Shown: in pieces, positions 12,701 through 27,700 of the stretch
How the letters are laid out: the number at the start of each line of letters is the position of its first letter
Numbering within the stretch: the first letter of the stretch is position 1
DNA from: Vicugna vicugna
Taxonomy: Eukaryota
Assembly: GCA_013265495.1 (NCBI GenBank)
Contig: MU058718.1
Span: forward strand, 248,001 to 312,000
Direction of reading: 5' to 3'
DNA length: 64,000 bases
Notes under the pieces: model-generated
Database searches by the model: none
Told to the model about the DNA's origin: nothing
Seen by the model: only the letters and a program-made list of their open reading frames with translations
Made by a program: the position numbers and the translations under genes

Positions 12701-15700
12701 TAATGAGGATGTGAGTTGGGAGGAATTACTGCATGTTTATAACTTCATGATGGCAACAACCCAGTATAGAGAGAAAAATGAATGAGAGGGCCAGTTGCTG
12801 GAAGAATGTCCTTGAGTAGGTGAGAAGGAATAGAATCTAGAGCTAGGTGGACGAGATTGGCCTTGAGTAGGAGCACACTGCTCATCTAGGAGGGAAGGTG
12901 AAATGTGTAGGCTCAGTTATCAGGATGGGAGCTTTCAATGCGGATGAGAGAGGAAATGTTGCAGATTTGAGGACAGAATAATGTATGAAATAGTAATTCC
13001 AAAAAATGAGATAGTAATGAAATAGGGAAATGTAGGGTCCAGCATAAATGTGTACTCATAAATACAGTTATTCCTTGGTATCTGAAGGCAACTGGTTCTA
13101 GTAAACATGCCCCTACCACCCTTCCCACCCTACCCCAACCCCTGCCCCCTGCCCCAATATCCAAATCTGCAGATACTCAAGTCCCTTAAACAAAATGGCA
13201 TTGTGGTTTCATATAACCTACTGCACATCCTCTTGTATACTTTAAATCATCTCTAGATTACTTATAATACCTAATGCAATGTAAATGCTATATAAATAGT
13301 TGTAAATACAATGTGAATGTTATGTAAATAGTTGCCAGTAAGGCAAATTCAAGTTTTGCTTTTTGGAACTTTCTGGAATATTTTTTTCTGGATATTTTCT
13401 ATATGTGATTGGTTGAACCTGTGGATGTAGAACCCAGGGATATGGAAGGCCGACTGTAGAAAGAGAAGAGGTAGCATGCTTTTGTCTGTTTTTTTTTTCC
13501 AGCCATACTCATTTGGGCATTGCAGGTGGGAAGTAGGCAGAAAATGGCATTTAATTGAAGTTGGAACTTTGCCAAGGTTCAACAACGGGAGAGGGGGGCC
13601 AAAAAGTTGAGGTAGTGATTACGATGATAAATTATGGAATCTAAATTGGCTAAGAAAAAACTTGAGGACATGAGGGAGGTGAGAGACAGTAAAAAGCTGA
13701 CTGTAGATCGGTAGAGTGTAGGTAGGTCATGGTGGGGCCAAAAAATTTTTGGAAAGATAAGGTAATCAGAGAGTGGATTGCTTGAAATTGGGCATAAGAA
13801 GGACATAGTTATTCATTGGTAATAATGAGGTCTCAAGTGCTAGCAAATGAATACAGGTGTGACAAGATATTGGCCCTCTCAGCCCTTGAAGTTTCTGGCA
13901 GGGCTTGGGTTGATCAGATCTTTCTCTCTCTGGCTGGTTGGTTGCATTTGATCACAAGCAGCCTCTCTGCTCCAGTGTGCTGTGTAAATGTTATTTATGT
14001 GTACTATGATATGACAAATGTTGAAATACTGTATGTATGTGACCATGGAAATGGGTAGCTGAATATAGCAGAAGCAAGGTCATTGGAGGAAAGGACACCT
14101 AATTGAGAAGCCAGGATATTGGAGGAATCATCAGGATTTGTACAAGAATAGTGATGGAGATAATGACAGTAAGCCAGAAGCTAAAACCTTCAAGGAAGGA
14201 TAAACAAACCTGAGACAAATTGAGGTACTGGACAGTCTGATCTGATGACATGAAATGTAAAGCTGGGATCTTTTAGTGAAGAGGAAGAAATAATTGGGAA
14301 GCACCAATGAGGTCACCTTTCCTCTTTAGGTCCAGTGATATTCTAGCATGGGAGAAAAAACTGTCAACCACTTGAGAGGACAACTGGGGAAGAAATGCCT
14401 TCAGGGGAGAGCCAGGTTTCGGTTAGATCAAGAGATAAAGGGAACATTCAGAGAAGTCAAAGATACAGGGGATTTGTTGATGACTGACCACTTTCATCAT
14501 TAGAATTTTTACATACTCTGTTCTCTGCCTAGATTTTTTTTTAAACAACTTTGTTGAGGTCAAGTTTACGTACTATAAAATCATCACCCATTTTAAGTAT
14601 GTGCCTTTTTGTAGTAAATTTACTCAGTTATGCAGTTATCTCTCTGGATTATTTTTAACCCTTAGCCAGTGGGTAAACACATATTTTTTCCTCTGAACCC
14701 TTCTTGGGTGTTTTCTATTCTGAGAAACCTTTCTTGAGCTCCCCAGACAGTGGTTTGTACTGATTCTTTATTGTGTGCATTCTCCTATTATTTTTCATGC
14801 TAAACCGAACTGAACCTGTGTTCACTTGAGCCCCTCAAGGGCAGAAATTTTCTTATTTATTCTTACTGTCTGAAATGTTTCATAGATAGTAGTTATGTGT
14901 ATTTTTCATATAAAAATGTTTAAATAAACATTAAATAAACATTATAAATGTTTTATAGTTTAAATTAATACACTAATATTTAGATGGAAAACCTAAGTTG
15001 AGCTAAGGAAACTGACAAGTTGTCCTAATATCAATGGAAACTATGGTATTAGTTACCCCAAAACTTAGTGGCTTAAAACAAAAAATATTTATTGATTTAC
15101 ACAGTATTTGTGGGTCAGGAATTTGGGTGCAGCTTACCTGGATGGTTCTGGAGATTGTACACAGGATGTCATCTAGGGATGTATCTGAAGGCTTAACTGA
15201 GACTGGAGGATCTGCTTGTAAGATGACTTATTCACATGACCAACAAGTTGATGTTGGCTTTTGGTAGGTTGCCTTAGTTCTTTGCCATATGGTCATCTCT
15301 GTGGGGCTGCTTGAGTCTTCTTAAGGTTCCATGTGGCTACTGGCTTGCCCCAGAGCAAGTGATCCAAGAGAGAGCAGGACAAAAGCTGCCTTTTCTTTAG
15401 TGACCTAGTCTTGGGAGTCACACTCCATCGTTTCTACAGTACTTTCTTGGTTATACAGGTCAGCCTATTCAGTATGGGGGAGGGTATGACACAAGGCATG
15501 ACTATCCAGAGGTAAGACTCACTGGACATCAGCTTGGAAGCTGGCTGTCATAGAAGTTAATTAATTTAAAAGTCAAGTATTACATGCCTGGTACATAGCA
15601 AGCAATATGTATTTGAACAAGTGAAGGCAAAAGAAATAGAAATTTTAAAAGAACAGGGGTGGAAATAACTTGAAGTGCTAAGTAATTAACAGGAAGTTAC

Positions 15701-18700
15701 TAAAAACACTTCTTAAACAGTTGAAGTTAGAAGTTAAGATGTTTGCCTACTTTTTATCTAAGATGTTTTATATACCGTTTTTTCCTTTTCTTTTTTTTCC
15801 CCCTACTTAGGGTCAACAAAAACTATTCTAGGTGATCAACGAAAACAAATGCTCCAGAAATACAAAGAAGAAAAGCAACTTCAGAAATTGAAAGAGCAGA
15901 GAGAGAAAGCTAAACGAGGAATATTTAAAGTGGGTCTTTATAGACCTGATATGCCTTGTTTTCTTTTGTCAAAGCAGAATATTATGAAAGCTGAGCCAAA
16001 AAAGGTAAACTTACTATCACAACTTGTTATAGAGGAATAGTTCCTTTTAACTGGAATTTTCTTTAAGAGATTAGATGGCTGTTTCCCCTGAGTCTCTTTA
16101 TTCATTTAACTAGTTGGTAGAAGGTGGGAATGACCTAATAGTAACTCAGAAGATGAAAACCAGGTCTCCTGATGTAGCCCGGTTGAGACTGGATTAACTA
16201 GGAAAGCTAGCAGAGCCAGGCTGAACAATGAATGCTATACTAAAGTATTTGGCACTTATTCTGTAGAATATGGAGAGTCGAGAGAAGCTTATAAAGGAGG
16301 TTGGACCATTATAAAAGTAATATTCAGGAAGATTACTCTCACCTTGAGGATTGTAGCCTGGAAAGAGAAGCATTTATAGATAAGAAGACCAGTTATGAGT
16401 CTATTAATAGTCTCTATATATAGAATAGGTGAGATGAGATAAGCGGACTGGGCCATTGATTTAAAAGGAAGAAATAGGTGTAAGACATCATTTTGGGGGG
16501 GAGATGTAATTGACATATAACGTTATATTAGTTTCAGATGTACAACATTGATTTATTTGTATATATTGCTGAATAATCACCACAGTTAGTCTTGTTAACA
16601 TCCATCACCACACATAATTACAAATATTTTTTCTTGTGATAAGAATATTTAAGATCTATTCTCTTAGCAGTTTTCAAATATATGATACAGTATTATTAAC
16701 TGTAGTCATCATGCTGTATATTACATTCCCAGGACTTGTTTTAAAACTGAAAGTTTGTACCTTTTGACCACCCTCACCGAGACCCCAGACCCCCACCACC
16801 ACCCCCGCCCAGCAACCATTTATCTGTTTTCTATCAGTGAGGTTGGGTTTTTGTTTAAGCTTCCACATAAGTGTGGAAGTATATAAGTGAGATCATATGA
16901 TATTTGTCGTTCTTGTCTGATTTATTTCATGGAGCATTATGTCCTCAGCATCTACCCATGTTGTCACAAATGGCAACATTTCCTTCTTTTTATGGCTGAA
17001 TAATAGTCCATTTGTGTATGTGTATGTATGTTTTATATATGTATATATCACATTTTCTTTATCCACTCACCCATTGATGGGCACTTAAGTTGTTTCCATG
17101 TCTTGGCTATTGTAAATAATGCTGCAATATACATGGGGGTGCATATATATCTTTCTGAGTTAGTGTTTTCATTTTCTTTGGATAAATAACCAGAATTGGA
17201 ATTGCTGGATCATATGGTAGTTCTAGTTTTAATTTTCTAAGGAACTTCCATACTGTTTTCCATAGTGGCTGTACCAACTTACCTTCCCACCAACAGGGCA
17301 CAGGAGTTCCCTTTTCTCTACATCCTCACCAACACTTAACTATTTCTTGACTTTTTGATAATAGCCATTCTAACAGATCTCATATGAGACATCTTAAGAT
17401 ATAAGTTTGATAGGACTCGTGACCAAGTAGATGGTGTAGGGTGAAGGAAATTGAAGAGTCAGAAATAAGATGATGATTCTGAAGATATTAGTTCAAGCAG
17501 AAATACAAACTTTGATGCTACTAAAAGAATGAGGAAGGCAAGAAAAAGAACAAGCTTAAGTGGGTGAATATTAACCTTCTTTAAAAAACGCTATTTGGGC
17601 CATCTAGATAACAGTCCAAATTAATAGGATATGGCTCAAGGTGTAAAGATACAGATAAAGATATTGTATACGTTAGAGGAGGGAGAGATCGTTTGGAGGA
17701 ACAGTAAAGACCTCTTAGAAGGAGTTAGATTTAAGCTAGCTTTTCAAGAATATGTAGGTTACCAATCATTGGTCTAAACTATACCAACTATTTTAAAATA
17801 TGTTAAATGTATACGTAGGAGGCACAAGAGACACATCATTGTGTTAAGTAAGATTCACCAATAATTGTTCTTCATTCTATTTAGATAATAGTCATTGCTG
17901 AACTTTGCTCCCCTTATACACTCTAGAGAAAAGCCTAATTTCTTTAGCACTAGGTTTTCACAGAGATTTAGAGAAGAAAATGACTTCTCATCTAGAGAAG
18001 TCTGATCATGCTTCTTAAGAAATCTTACAGAGTTGATATACCTTGTTTTTTAATCAGTATTTCTCATGCTAAATTTTTTCCACATTTTGAGGTCAGGTCT
18101 CCATTTTCTTACTGACAATGGACAAATGCATAATCATGAGATTTGAAGGGAAATTGTCAAAGCTAAGGAAGAAAGCTGTACAGTATTTTTTCATAAACAG
18201 AAAACAAAAGATCCTTTACTCCAGTCGGTTTATCTACCCCCTTCTAAATATGTCTAGCCAATCATTTTAATGAGGATTCTAATACCTGGAAAATATGCTT
18301 TAAAATTTCTTCTCTCTCTTTACTGAGAAATATGAGTAAATTTTGAAGCTATAAACTTAAGCATAATTTAAATCAAGCCAGAAAAAAAATAATAATTTAA
18401 GTTAGCAAGTATCTTTTGCCATAAATGATTAAGGATAAATTTAACTTTAAAATGGGAACTTTATTTCATAATGAGGCATAGAATTAATTTTTTTTTAACT
18501 TTATCTTCTTTTGACTGTTTTAAGGCTGTTCCATCTTCTGTACGGATTACAAGATCAAAAGTCAAAGACCAAATGGAGCTGACTAAGGTATAATTGATAG
18601 TAGATCATTTTCACTAAACTGACAAATTGTACTTTTTTTTTCCCCCGGAGTAAGTAAATTCATTTTTAATCTAATACCAGCTCAAGTATTTTACTAGATT

Positions 18701-21700
18701 TAATAGTACTCAAATCATCGTTACTGGCATGGTGACAGATCAAGTTTGGCTAGATGACTAGGAAATAGTCACTTAAAATATTCTTTGCCCAGACATCCCT
18801 TTTGAGATATATACCAAATTTTGTGTCACATTCTTTTTTGTTTGTTTGTTTACTGGGCTTCAAATATTAACTCCGTTCACCATGAAGTGCAGATAGGGAT
18901 ATAGAGCACAGGGTAGGTGTTACGAACTTCCTGGGTCTTCAAAGCTCCATTATGGATACAGTTATTAGAAGGATTACTAAGATAAAGTGAAGTGGGCAAG
19001 GAGGGAAATAGTATGCCTCTTTGTCAGGAGAGGAAGCTAAGTTTCACATATTCAATGAATTTTGAGTCACTACCCTGTTATCTAGGCTCTAGGATAGAAT
19101 AGTAAACAACAAAATTCCCTGTTTTCAAGGAGCTTACTTGTGAGATAAGCACTAAAAAAAGAATGACATAGTGTGTCAGATGGTCAAAAGTATTAAGCAT
19201 TATGGGAAAGAGTGAAAAAAAAAAGAAGGGAGATGGGGAGTTTTGAAGTAGGTGTAGGGTGGAATTTTGATCGGACCGTGCTGTGGTGGTAGCATTTTGA
19301 ATGAAGTCTCTAAGGATATAAAAAAATGAACTGTGGGAAAAAGCTTTCTATCCAGTAGAAGAATTTTCTAGACAGAATTCAAAGGCCTTGAATTGAAAAC
19401 ATGCTTGGTATGTTTAAAGAGTCTCAGTAGATTATAGTCAGTTATTTTTAATAGTTTAGGTTATTAGCATTTTCTAAATCCTAAGATTCCAAAAAAGCTT
19501 GTAAGGAAATTTATATAATGGAATACTGGTTTCTTCATCTTTTCTTTGGGGTAGTGGATTTTTTACTGGGTCATTTACAACAGAGTTCAGTTGAGGGATC
19601 AGATTACACATAAAAAATATGGTGGTTTGATTTATTATGCACATAATCACATAGCACCTAATCTTTTAAATAGATTGATAATGAGAGTGATGTTCGAGCA
19701 ATCCGAGCTGGTCAAAGACAAACCGAAAAGAAAGTGTTGGACAAAGAGAAAAAAGGTAAAAGTATAAGCGGTTACCATAAACTCTGATGTTGCCACAACA
19801 ATAATTTAAAATTACCCAAAGCATTTGATTTTATTTTTTTTCCCACAGCTGTACAGCCTGTAATGCCATTGGTGAGAATGACTAGATCAGCTACTCAGGC
19901 AGCAAAGCAGATGGCCAGAACAGTCTCATCTACTACAGCGAGAAAGCCAGTGACAAGAGCTACTAATGGTAAGAAGGATTTCTTGATCAGTGACTGAACT
20001 AGAATGTTTTGGTCCTTGAGGTTCTTTGTGTTCACTTTGAAAATCATCATGTACTTCTCTGAGTAGAGGAGGAGAAAATGGGAGATTCCATAGGTTCTGT
20101 GCTCCCAATATCCCATTAGCACATAGTGGGTGCTCAAACACTGAAGTACCCATGTAAGCAGTGCTTCAAAGTGAAAAATGAATGGCCTAGATAAATTACA
20201 GTCCATCCGTCTATTGGCTTAATGACATTGTTAATGATATTAAGTGGGCAAAGATAAACAGGTCAAACTCTGAAGAGTATGATCAAAATTCTAAAATATA
20301 TATGTGAATATGAATATGGGAGAAAACTGGAAAAACATACCCTGAAGTGTCAACAGTGATTACTACTGAGTAATATAAGCTTCAGTGAAATTTTTGATTG
20401 TTGTTGATATCTTAACACCTTTTATTTTGTTTTGAAAACAAATGGCCTATAGTTGGCAGGAAATTTCATCTATTTTTATCCTATTTTATAATGTGACCTT
20501 TAATCATAAAATCTTTTAAGACATACATTCCTATTGCCTATTTTCCTTTCCCAAGTTACCTAGTACTTTTAATGCAGCGTTTTCTACCTAGTCACAAAAG
20601 ATGTCTTATTTTATTTCAGGTAATGAAGCAGAAAGAAAGGCACCAAATCAAGGAAGATCTGCCAAAAAGATAGAAACAAAACCTGACAAGGTAGAGTATA
20701 AACATCTGTTTATTTCTTGATACTCTGAAAATCTCATTGCTACTTTCATGAACTTGAAGTTGTGCATATAGAACTGCTTTAAGACGTTAACCTACATGCA
20801 TGTTAACAACCTCTTGAACCATAAAGAAGCATCAGGAGGATTTACTGTTGTTTTTCAGGTATCTTCTCTTCAGAGTTTTATGGGTAGAGAAAGCATAATT
20901 TGGTTAACAGAAAAGAGAGAAAAATGATAAAAACACAGCTGACAGAAACCTTCATATGACAATAAGCTAAGAGATAGGATGGAGTAGAGTGGCATGCATT
21001 GACTTTGGATTCAGTTAGGCCTGAGTTTGAATATTGTCTCTGCTTCCAATTAGCTGTATAACGTGGAGCAAGTTACAAGTTTGTTTTCCCATCTCCAACA
21101 TGTAATACCCACATAGAGTAGTTTTAAAAATTAAATAACCTAACATTTCTGATAGCATCTGGCATAGTGCCTAGTAGAGTCTTCAAAAAAGAGCCACCAT
21201 TTTGAGGACTCAATGCCTTGGTTTATAATCCATGCTACAATTCCTTAACACTTAGGCCATGTAAGAAACATGGCTAGATTCTTAACTAAAAATAAAACAT
21301 AGATCTTCCAAGGAAGGCAATTTAGGGTGAAGTTTCACAGATAAGCAGCTGGAGCACATAGCTCCTCCCTTGAGATTAATTTTCTCCTTAAGGATTATCA
21401 CTTGCTTTTACTTGCACAGTCACGCTGGCCTCAGGGACAATGTTACTCTTAAATTCTTGTCCAGGTTGAAACACTCTGGGTTAAGTTCATATCTCATTAA
21501 AAATCAGAAACATCAAAACCTCTAAAAAGAAAATTTATATGGATGGGTGAAATGGGTGAAAGTAGTCAAAAGGTACAAATTTCCATTTACAAGTCTTGGA
21601 TATGTAATGTACAGCATGGTGACTATGGGTAATAGTAATGTATTGAATGTATATTTGAAAGTTGCTAAGAGGGTAGGTCGTAAAAGTACTCATCATAAGA

Positions 21701-24700
21701 AAAAAAATTGTAACTATATGTGGTGACAGATGTTCATTAGACTTATTGTCTAGATCATTTTGCAATATATACAAATATCAAATCATTGTATTGTACACCT
21801 GAAACTAATATAATGTTATATGTCACTTATATCTCAATTTAAAAACCAAATAACAATTAAATTGACTTGGAAAAGAAAATAAGCTTCACATTTTATATGG
21901 CTAATCTTACTATGTCACATTGAAAAATGTTTTTGCTCTTATAATAAGGTTGTTTATAATCAAAGTTATTTTAAAAAAAGGATTTAGTCCTTGACAATTA
22001 TAGTCATCCAATAAACATTGGATTTCTGATTCTGAAATCATTGTAATTATCAACATAATTTAAATAAAAAGATAAGTATTTGTTAGATGGGTAATTTTTC
22101 CACCTTAGTTTTCATGTATTTTAATTTGCTGCAATACCTAAAACCTGTTATTTAGTCCTTTTAATGAGGATTTTCTCTCTCTCTCTCTCTCTCTGGATCA
22201 TAACAGTGGTTTAGTTAACTGGTCTTCTGATTCCAAATTTACATTTAATTGTTTTGTTTTTCTCTCTTAAAATATATATGTGGGACACATATCTCAACTT
22301 TCATATTTTCAGGCCTGTAAAATTGGTAGAATATATCCCCAGAAGAGAAATTCTTACTCTATTTTGTTTCCTCACATCTAGGTCATTTCTTTTAAAGCTG
22401 ATAGTGAAGAAAATACTTTGGATTCACAAACCAGTGCAACAAATGGAATGGATCCAGATGGTGTCTTATCAAAAATGGAAAACTTACCTAAGACAAATAC
22501 TGCAAAAATGAAAGGAAAAAATTCCTTTGCACCTAAAGATTTTATGTTTCAGCCACTAGATGGTCTGAAGACCTATCAAGTAACACCTATGACCCCCAGA
22601 AGTGCCAGTGCTTTTTTGACACCCAGTTATACCTGGACCCCTTTAAACACTGAAGTGTAAGAATTTAATGTTAATAATGAAATCCTTGCTAAGATGTTTA
22701 ACAAATGTCTTTCTTAGATTTGTTCTGTGCTTTTTTTAAAAGTTAGTATTTAGTTAGTAAGTATGTTAATTATAAATCATGAAAAATTGATCTTTTAAAA
22801 AAAATTCTTCAGGAGTCTACAGTAATGTATTAGACAGTTTTGATACTTCCTATATATTGTTATGACCATTATTTTCACAGTACACTTTTTTCTTCTAATA
22901 ATTGACTTTACTATAACACTTAGAATTTTAGAAGGAAGAAATTGCTGTAATTCTGTAGCTCAGAATGGTTTGGAGTTTTGTTGTTTGTGTTTTATTACTT
23001 TAGACAAAAATACTCAACTTGCAAAATAGGGGGTAAAAATCAGTTGGAATCTTTAAAAGAAACATCAAGGTTGTTTTGTAGAGACTGGCTGGCAGCAAAT
23101 TCACCAGAACTGCCCAGCAGCATCCAAGACTACTAAGTGCTTATGTTCCATGAAGAGATCTTCAAAATATTTGGAGCTCATTGTAATTAGTAAAGATGGA
23201 CATTCCCACTATAAGTGCTTAAAATTTTTCCCCTCCAGAATAGACAAGTTTTTTAAAAATAGGACCATATTTCTATTTTATCCCAGGTTTTTAAAAAGCA
23301 ACATCATTTTGAAATCCTTCAATTAGATGTACGAGGCTTATGTTTCATGAAGTATATTTTTCTCTCGTTTTCAGTGATAAGACTCAAGCAACAAAAGAAA
23401 TCCTTGCACAGAAATGTAAAACTCACTCTGCCAAGACAGCACATCAAGATTCAAGTAAATTACAGTGTCCTTTGGGTTCTCTAACAGTTTGGAGTAAAGG
23501 TATTGTATTTTAATTAATTTTTACTTGCTTTTCTGGATTATGATTTATTAGACATTTGTTTAGAGCTGTTTTTACCATATAGTTCAAGGATGTGATCTCA
23601 GGCTCAGGAGAGATGGGAAAGTGTGGGGAAAGATATCTGGACAGAGAGAGAGAGTTGGAGTGAGAAATACAGACTGAGAAGATAGGGGGAAATGTAAATT
23701 TGAAGAGAGAAATCTTTAGAGGATATGTGGTGAATGAAATCATTGAGGCAGAAATAAAATTTTTAAATTCAACATTGAAGTGTGTGCTTACCATGCACAA
23801 GGTACTGGGTTCAATACCCAGTACCTCCATTAAAACAAACAAACAAATAAATAAATAAACCTAATTACCTCTCCACCAAAATTAAAAAAAAAATTCAACA
23901 TTGAAGAAAATGGAAGGATTTTAAAAAATTTGTCTTTTTATGGGTGTATCATTTTATGAGTTGCTGCTTTGAAATTTATATTAATTTTTCTTTAATCTAC
24001 AGAACATGTCTTAAACAAAAATGAAACTACTAACAAAAATTCAAATGATCTTTCAATAAAAGAAGTCCCATCACTTGAAATAAATGAAGTTCTGATATCT
24101 CAGCCACAACATGATGTACCATATTTCAGGTTTGTCCATTTGTTCCTAGTGTAAGAAGTTTATAGTAATGTCTAGACATTTAAAACCAAAATTAAATTAT
24201 TTTTATCCTAAATTTAATAGATGAATTAGGGGAAAACTGAATTTTGGTAATTTTCATTTGTCTTCTAAATTTCAATAATTTTTTTCAGTAATGAGTACAT
24301 TCATGTGGTTTGTAATTCAAAAGGTAGAAAAGATACAAGTGAAAAATCTTTTTCCCAACTCTGTCTCCCATGCCCATGGTCCGAACCTTCCATAGAGACA
24401 AGTGTTACTCATTTCCTGTGAATATTTCCAGAGGTAGATAATGCATATGTAGACTAACATAAACATCTTTTTTATATATAAACAATAGCATACTGTTCTG
24501 TTTTCATTTAACATTAAATGTAGCAGACATTCCATTTTAGTGCATCAAGAGCTTTCTCATGTTTTGTGTGTGTGTGTGTGTTTTAATGGTAACATAGTAT
24601 CCAATTATATGAATGTACCATAATTTACTTAATAGTCCCTGTTGCTGGCTATTTACACTGGCTCCAGTCTATTACTATCACAATCAAGGCTGCAAAGAAC

Positions 24701-27700
24701 AACCTTAAATGCTTTTCAGTTCTCTCATGTACAAATACATATATATAAGGACCTCAGTTTACATTCCCTCCAGCAAGGTACAGGAGTTCCAATTTCATTA
24801 CACCTTTTTTCCCCCACAAAGAAACCAAATTAAAGTTTATTTTCTAACAGGAGGATAGTGGGAGATGATAGGAAGCTCTTTGGCCCACCAAATCATGAGA
24901 TAGAATTTCGTCTCTCCAACTGTGAAGAGAAAATTAATATCTTGTTTGGGGAACCTCAACATGTCACCTGAATGCCTTGGAAACATACCAGAGGCCTACG
25001 TTTGGAGAAAGGTCTCAACATTCCACATCACACAGAAAATGATTATATTCTATTATTTGAGTGAATGTAGCAAGAAAATTCCCATACTTTTTCCAATACA
25101 ATATTAACAAATTTTGAGCTTTGCCAATCAAATAGGTAAGAAGTATTCTAGTTTTAATATCATTCACTCTATTATAAATGAGTCTCTTTTTATATGTTTG
25201 GGAGCCACTTCACTTATTTTTAGAGCATAAGGTTTTAGAATTCTAAGATCTTTTAGAGATTAGCTAGTTCATTGTGTTGTTCAACTATCATTAAGATGTT
25301 CATTAACATGATAAGCAATTTAACCAACTAAGTCATGTCAGCTCTAAGCCAGGTCTCCTTTCTCATTAATTAAGTTGTTCTCTGTTGCCACTGGATATAA
25401 ACAGCTAAATTTTCCTTCTAAGAAACAAAAGCTATCCTCAGTTTCTCATGCTTGGATGCTTTTATAAAGAAACAGATTAAATTTACCTTAGGCCAGGGTT
25501 TTTTAACCTTGCCGCTGTTGACACCTTAGCCTGGATAATTCTTGTTGTGGGATGCATTCCCTGCATTGCAGGATGTTTTATAGCATCCCTGGCCAGTAGC
25601 TCTCTAGTTCATGACAAACAAAAATACTTCTAGACATTGTCAAATGTCTCCTAAAAGGAAAAATTGACCCCAGTTGAGAACCACTGCATTTGGACAAGCA
25701 AAGCCGAATAGAATCTCTAAGGTCCTATCACTGTAATTTGAGATTTACAGTTTTTAAGCTTCGGCTTACTCTTGGCAGTTGAGTTGATCTTAGTTCATGG
25801 ACAGTAACAGAGAACTAATAACAGAACTAAGGAATGCCTGATTGTTTCTGCTCAGCCACTGAAAAATAAAAACAGAAAAAACTAGAACTGCTAGCTTGAA
25901 AAATGGGCTCTTGGCATTAACCATCTACATAAGTTTTAGGTGTGGAAGGATTGACATACATAGAGTATCAAGTTATATTTATGGATTTTAACATCACAAT
26001 TCATAAAGTAATTAAACATCAGCTCTGGGAAATTAATATTGTGTCATAATGCTAATAACTTGAATATTATTAGTGTAAGAAACATTTGTAAAACTGAAAT
26101 GTATGTCATAATTTTAGAAATATTCTCCAGTCAGAAACTGAGAAGCTAACTTCATACTGCCTTGAATGGGATGGGAAGCTTGAATTGGACATTCCAGATG
26201 ATGGTGAGGGAACATTTATATTTGTTTATGTCTTAGCTTCATTTGTTTTAATATAGCTACATTTATTTGAAATATAAAAATCTAATGTTGTCCAACTTTA
26301 TGGTTTCATTGTTATTCAAAATAGCAAGAATTTTTGTATCACATATGTTCACTAGTATCTCTGTGCTAAAATTGTACCTAATTTAAAAGATCAAAGTAGT
26401 TAAAATATTGAATGTCATTCCTGAGAGTTAGACATTTGCCTATTTTATTGTTAGATTTTTTTTTTTTACTGACTTTATGAATGACATCTGTATCTAGTAT
26501 TGTTTGATTATACAAAGTTTTGTGAATGAAAATTACCTAAATCAGTATGGAACAAATTCTCTGAAAAGTTCCTTAATCTTACCCATTCAGGAAAGCTGTT
26601 TAGAAGAGATTATTTGCATGCTGTCAGCTTGAAGTCCTTAGATACCGATGTGCAGTGAGTTGTTTGAGGTTGAATTCTTATAAAATGCCAGGAGAGGTAG
26701 AATGCTGTTTATTGTATAGCAATAAGTATGTGTATGCTAATTTTTAGCAGGAATTGAAGAGGATAGTAGATGCTCAGTATTTGTATGACAAAGTTTTGTA
26801 ATAGATATTTTTTGCTTTGCTTTAAGGTAAGAATTTGATTCTGTAAGCCCTAGAATATTTGGAATGAGGTGGTCTTGTCAGCTGGTTGGCTTGCAGTGAA
26901 GGTCCTATTTAAAATGTCCTTTAACTTTTAAAAACCTTGTATTTCCTTTAGCTAAAGATCTTATTCGCACAGCAGTTGGTCAAACAAGACTCCTTATGAA
27001 AGAAAGGTTCAAACAGTTTGAAGGACTGGTGGACAATTGTGAATATAAGCAAGGTGAAAAGGAGACTACCTGTACAGATCTGGATGGATTTTGGGATATG
27101 GTTAGTTTTCAGGTATGTGATCAAGTATTTTGAACTTTGAGTCTGTTTTTTTGGAAAATGAGCTAACAGTAGTTTGAAAGGGTTAATAATAGCTGCTTAT
27201 GTACCTGTAATATTAAATGAGATATTAGCACCTTTATAAACTGTAAAGCATTGTCTAAATTTGATGGCTGATTTCTTCTCCTTCCCTATATTGTCAGTAT
27301 AATTTCTATTTGGGTTGGAAATTGAAATTATATTCAACTGTTGAATAATCTATAATGATTCTACATGCGAGAAAAATAGTAATTCTAATCTTTAGTGGTT
27401 CAGTTCATCTAGTAGTTACTGAGTTCTCACTGTGTGCCAGGCATTATTCAGGCATATTCTCTCTACCAGAGGAGTTTGTAGTTTGAGCAGTGGGCTAGTC
27501 ACAACATATAATTCCAATCTCATGTAAAAAGTGCTGTGAGAGAGGGAATCATGAAGATCAATAAGGCGTGGGAGGAGATGACACTTTCTAGCTTTTTGAG
27601 CATATTTTAGAAATAAGCATATAAAGTACTATTTTAGGAACCTGTGGCCACAACTATTAGACATTTCAAGAAAGCCTCAAACCTGAAAGTAAGAAGTCAA

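Noticed and set aside
19756..19848. 93-nt (3n) DLGAP5 intron 5 as a possible in-frame retained intron
   Set aside because: It contains an in-frame TGA after about 10 codons.
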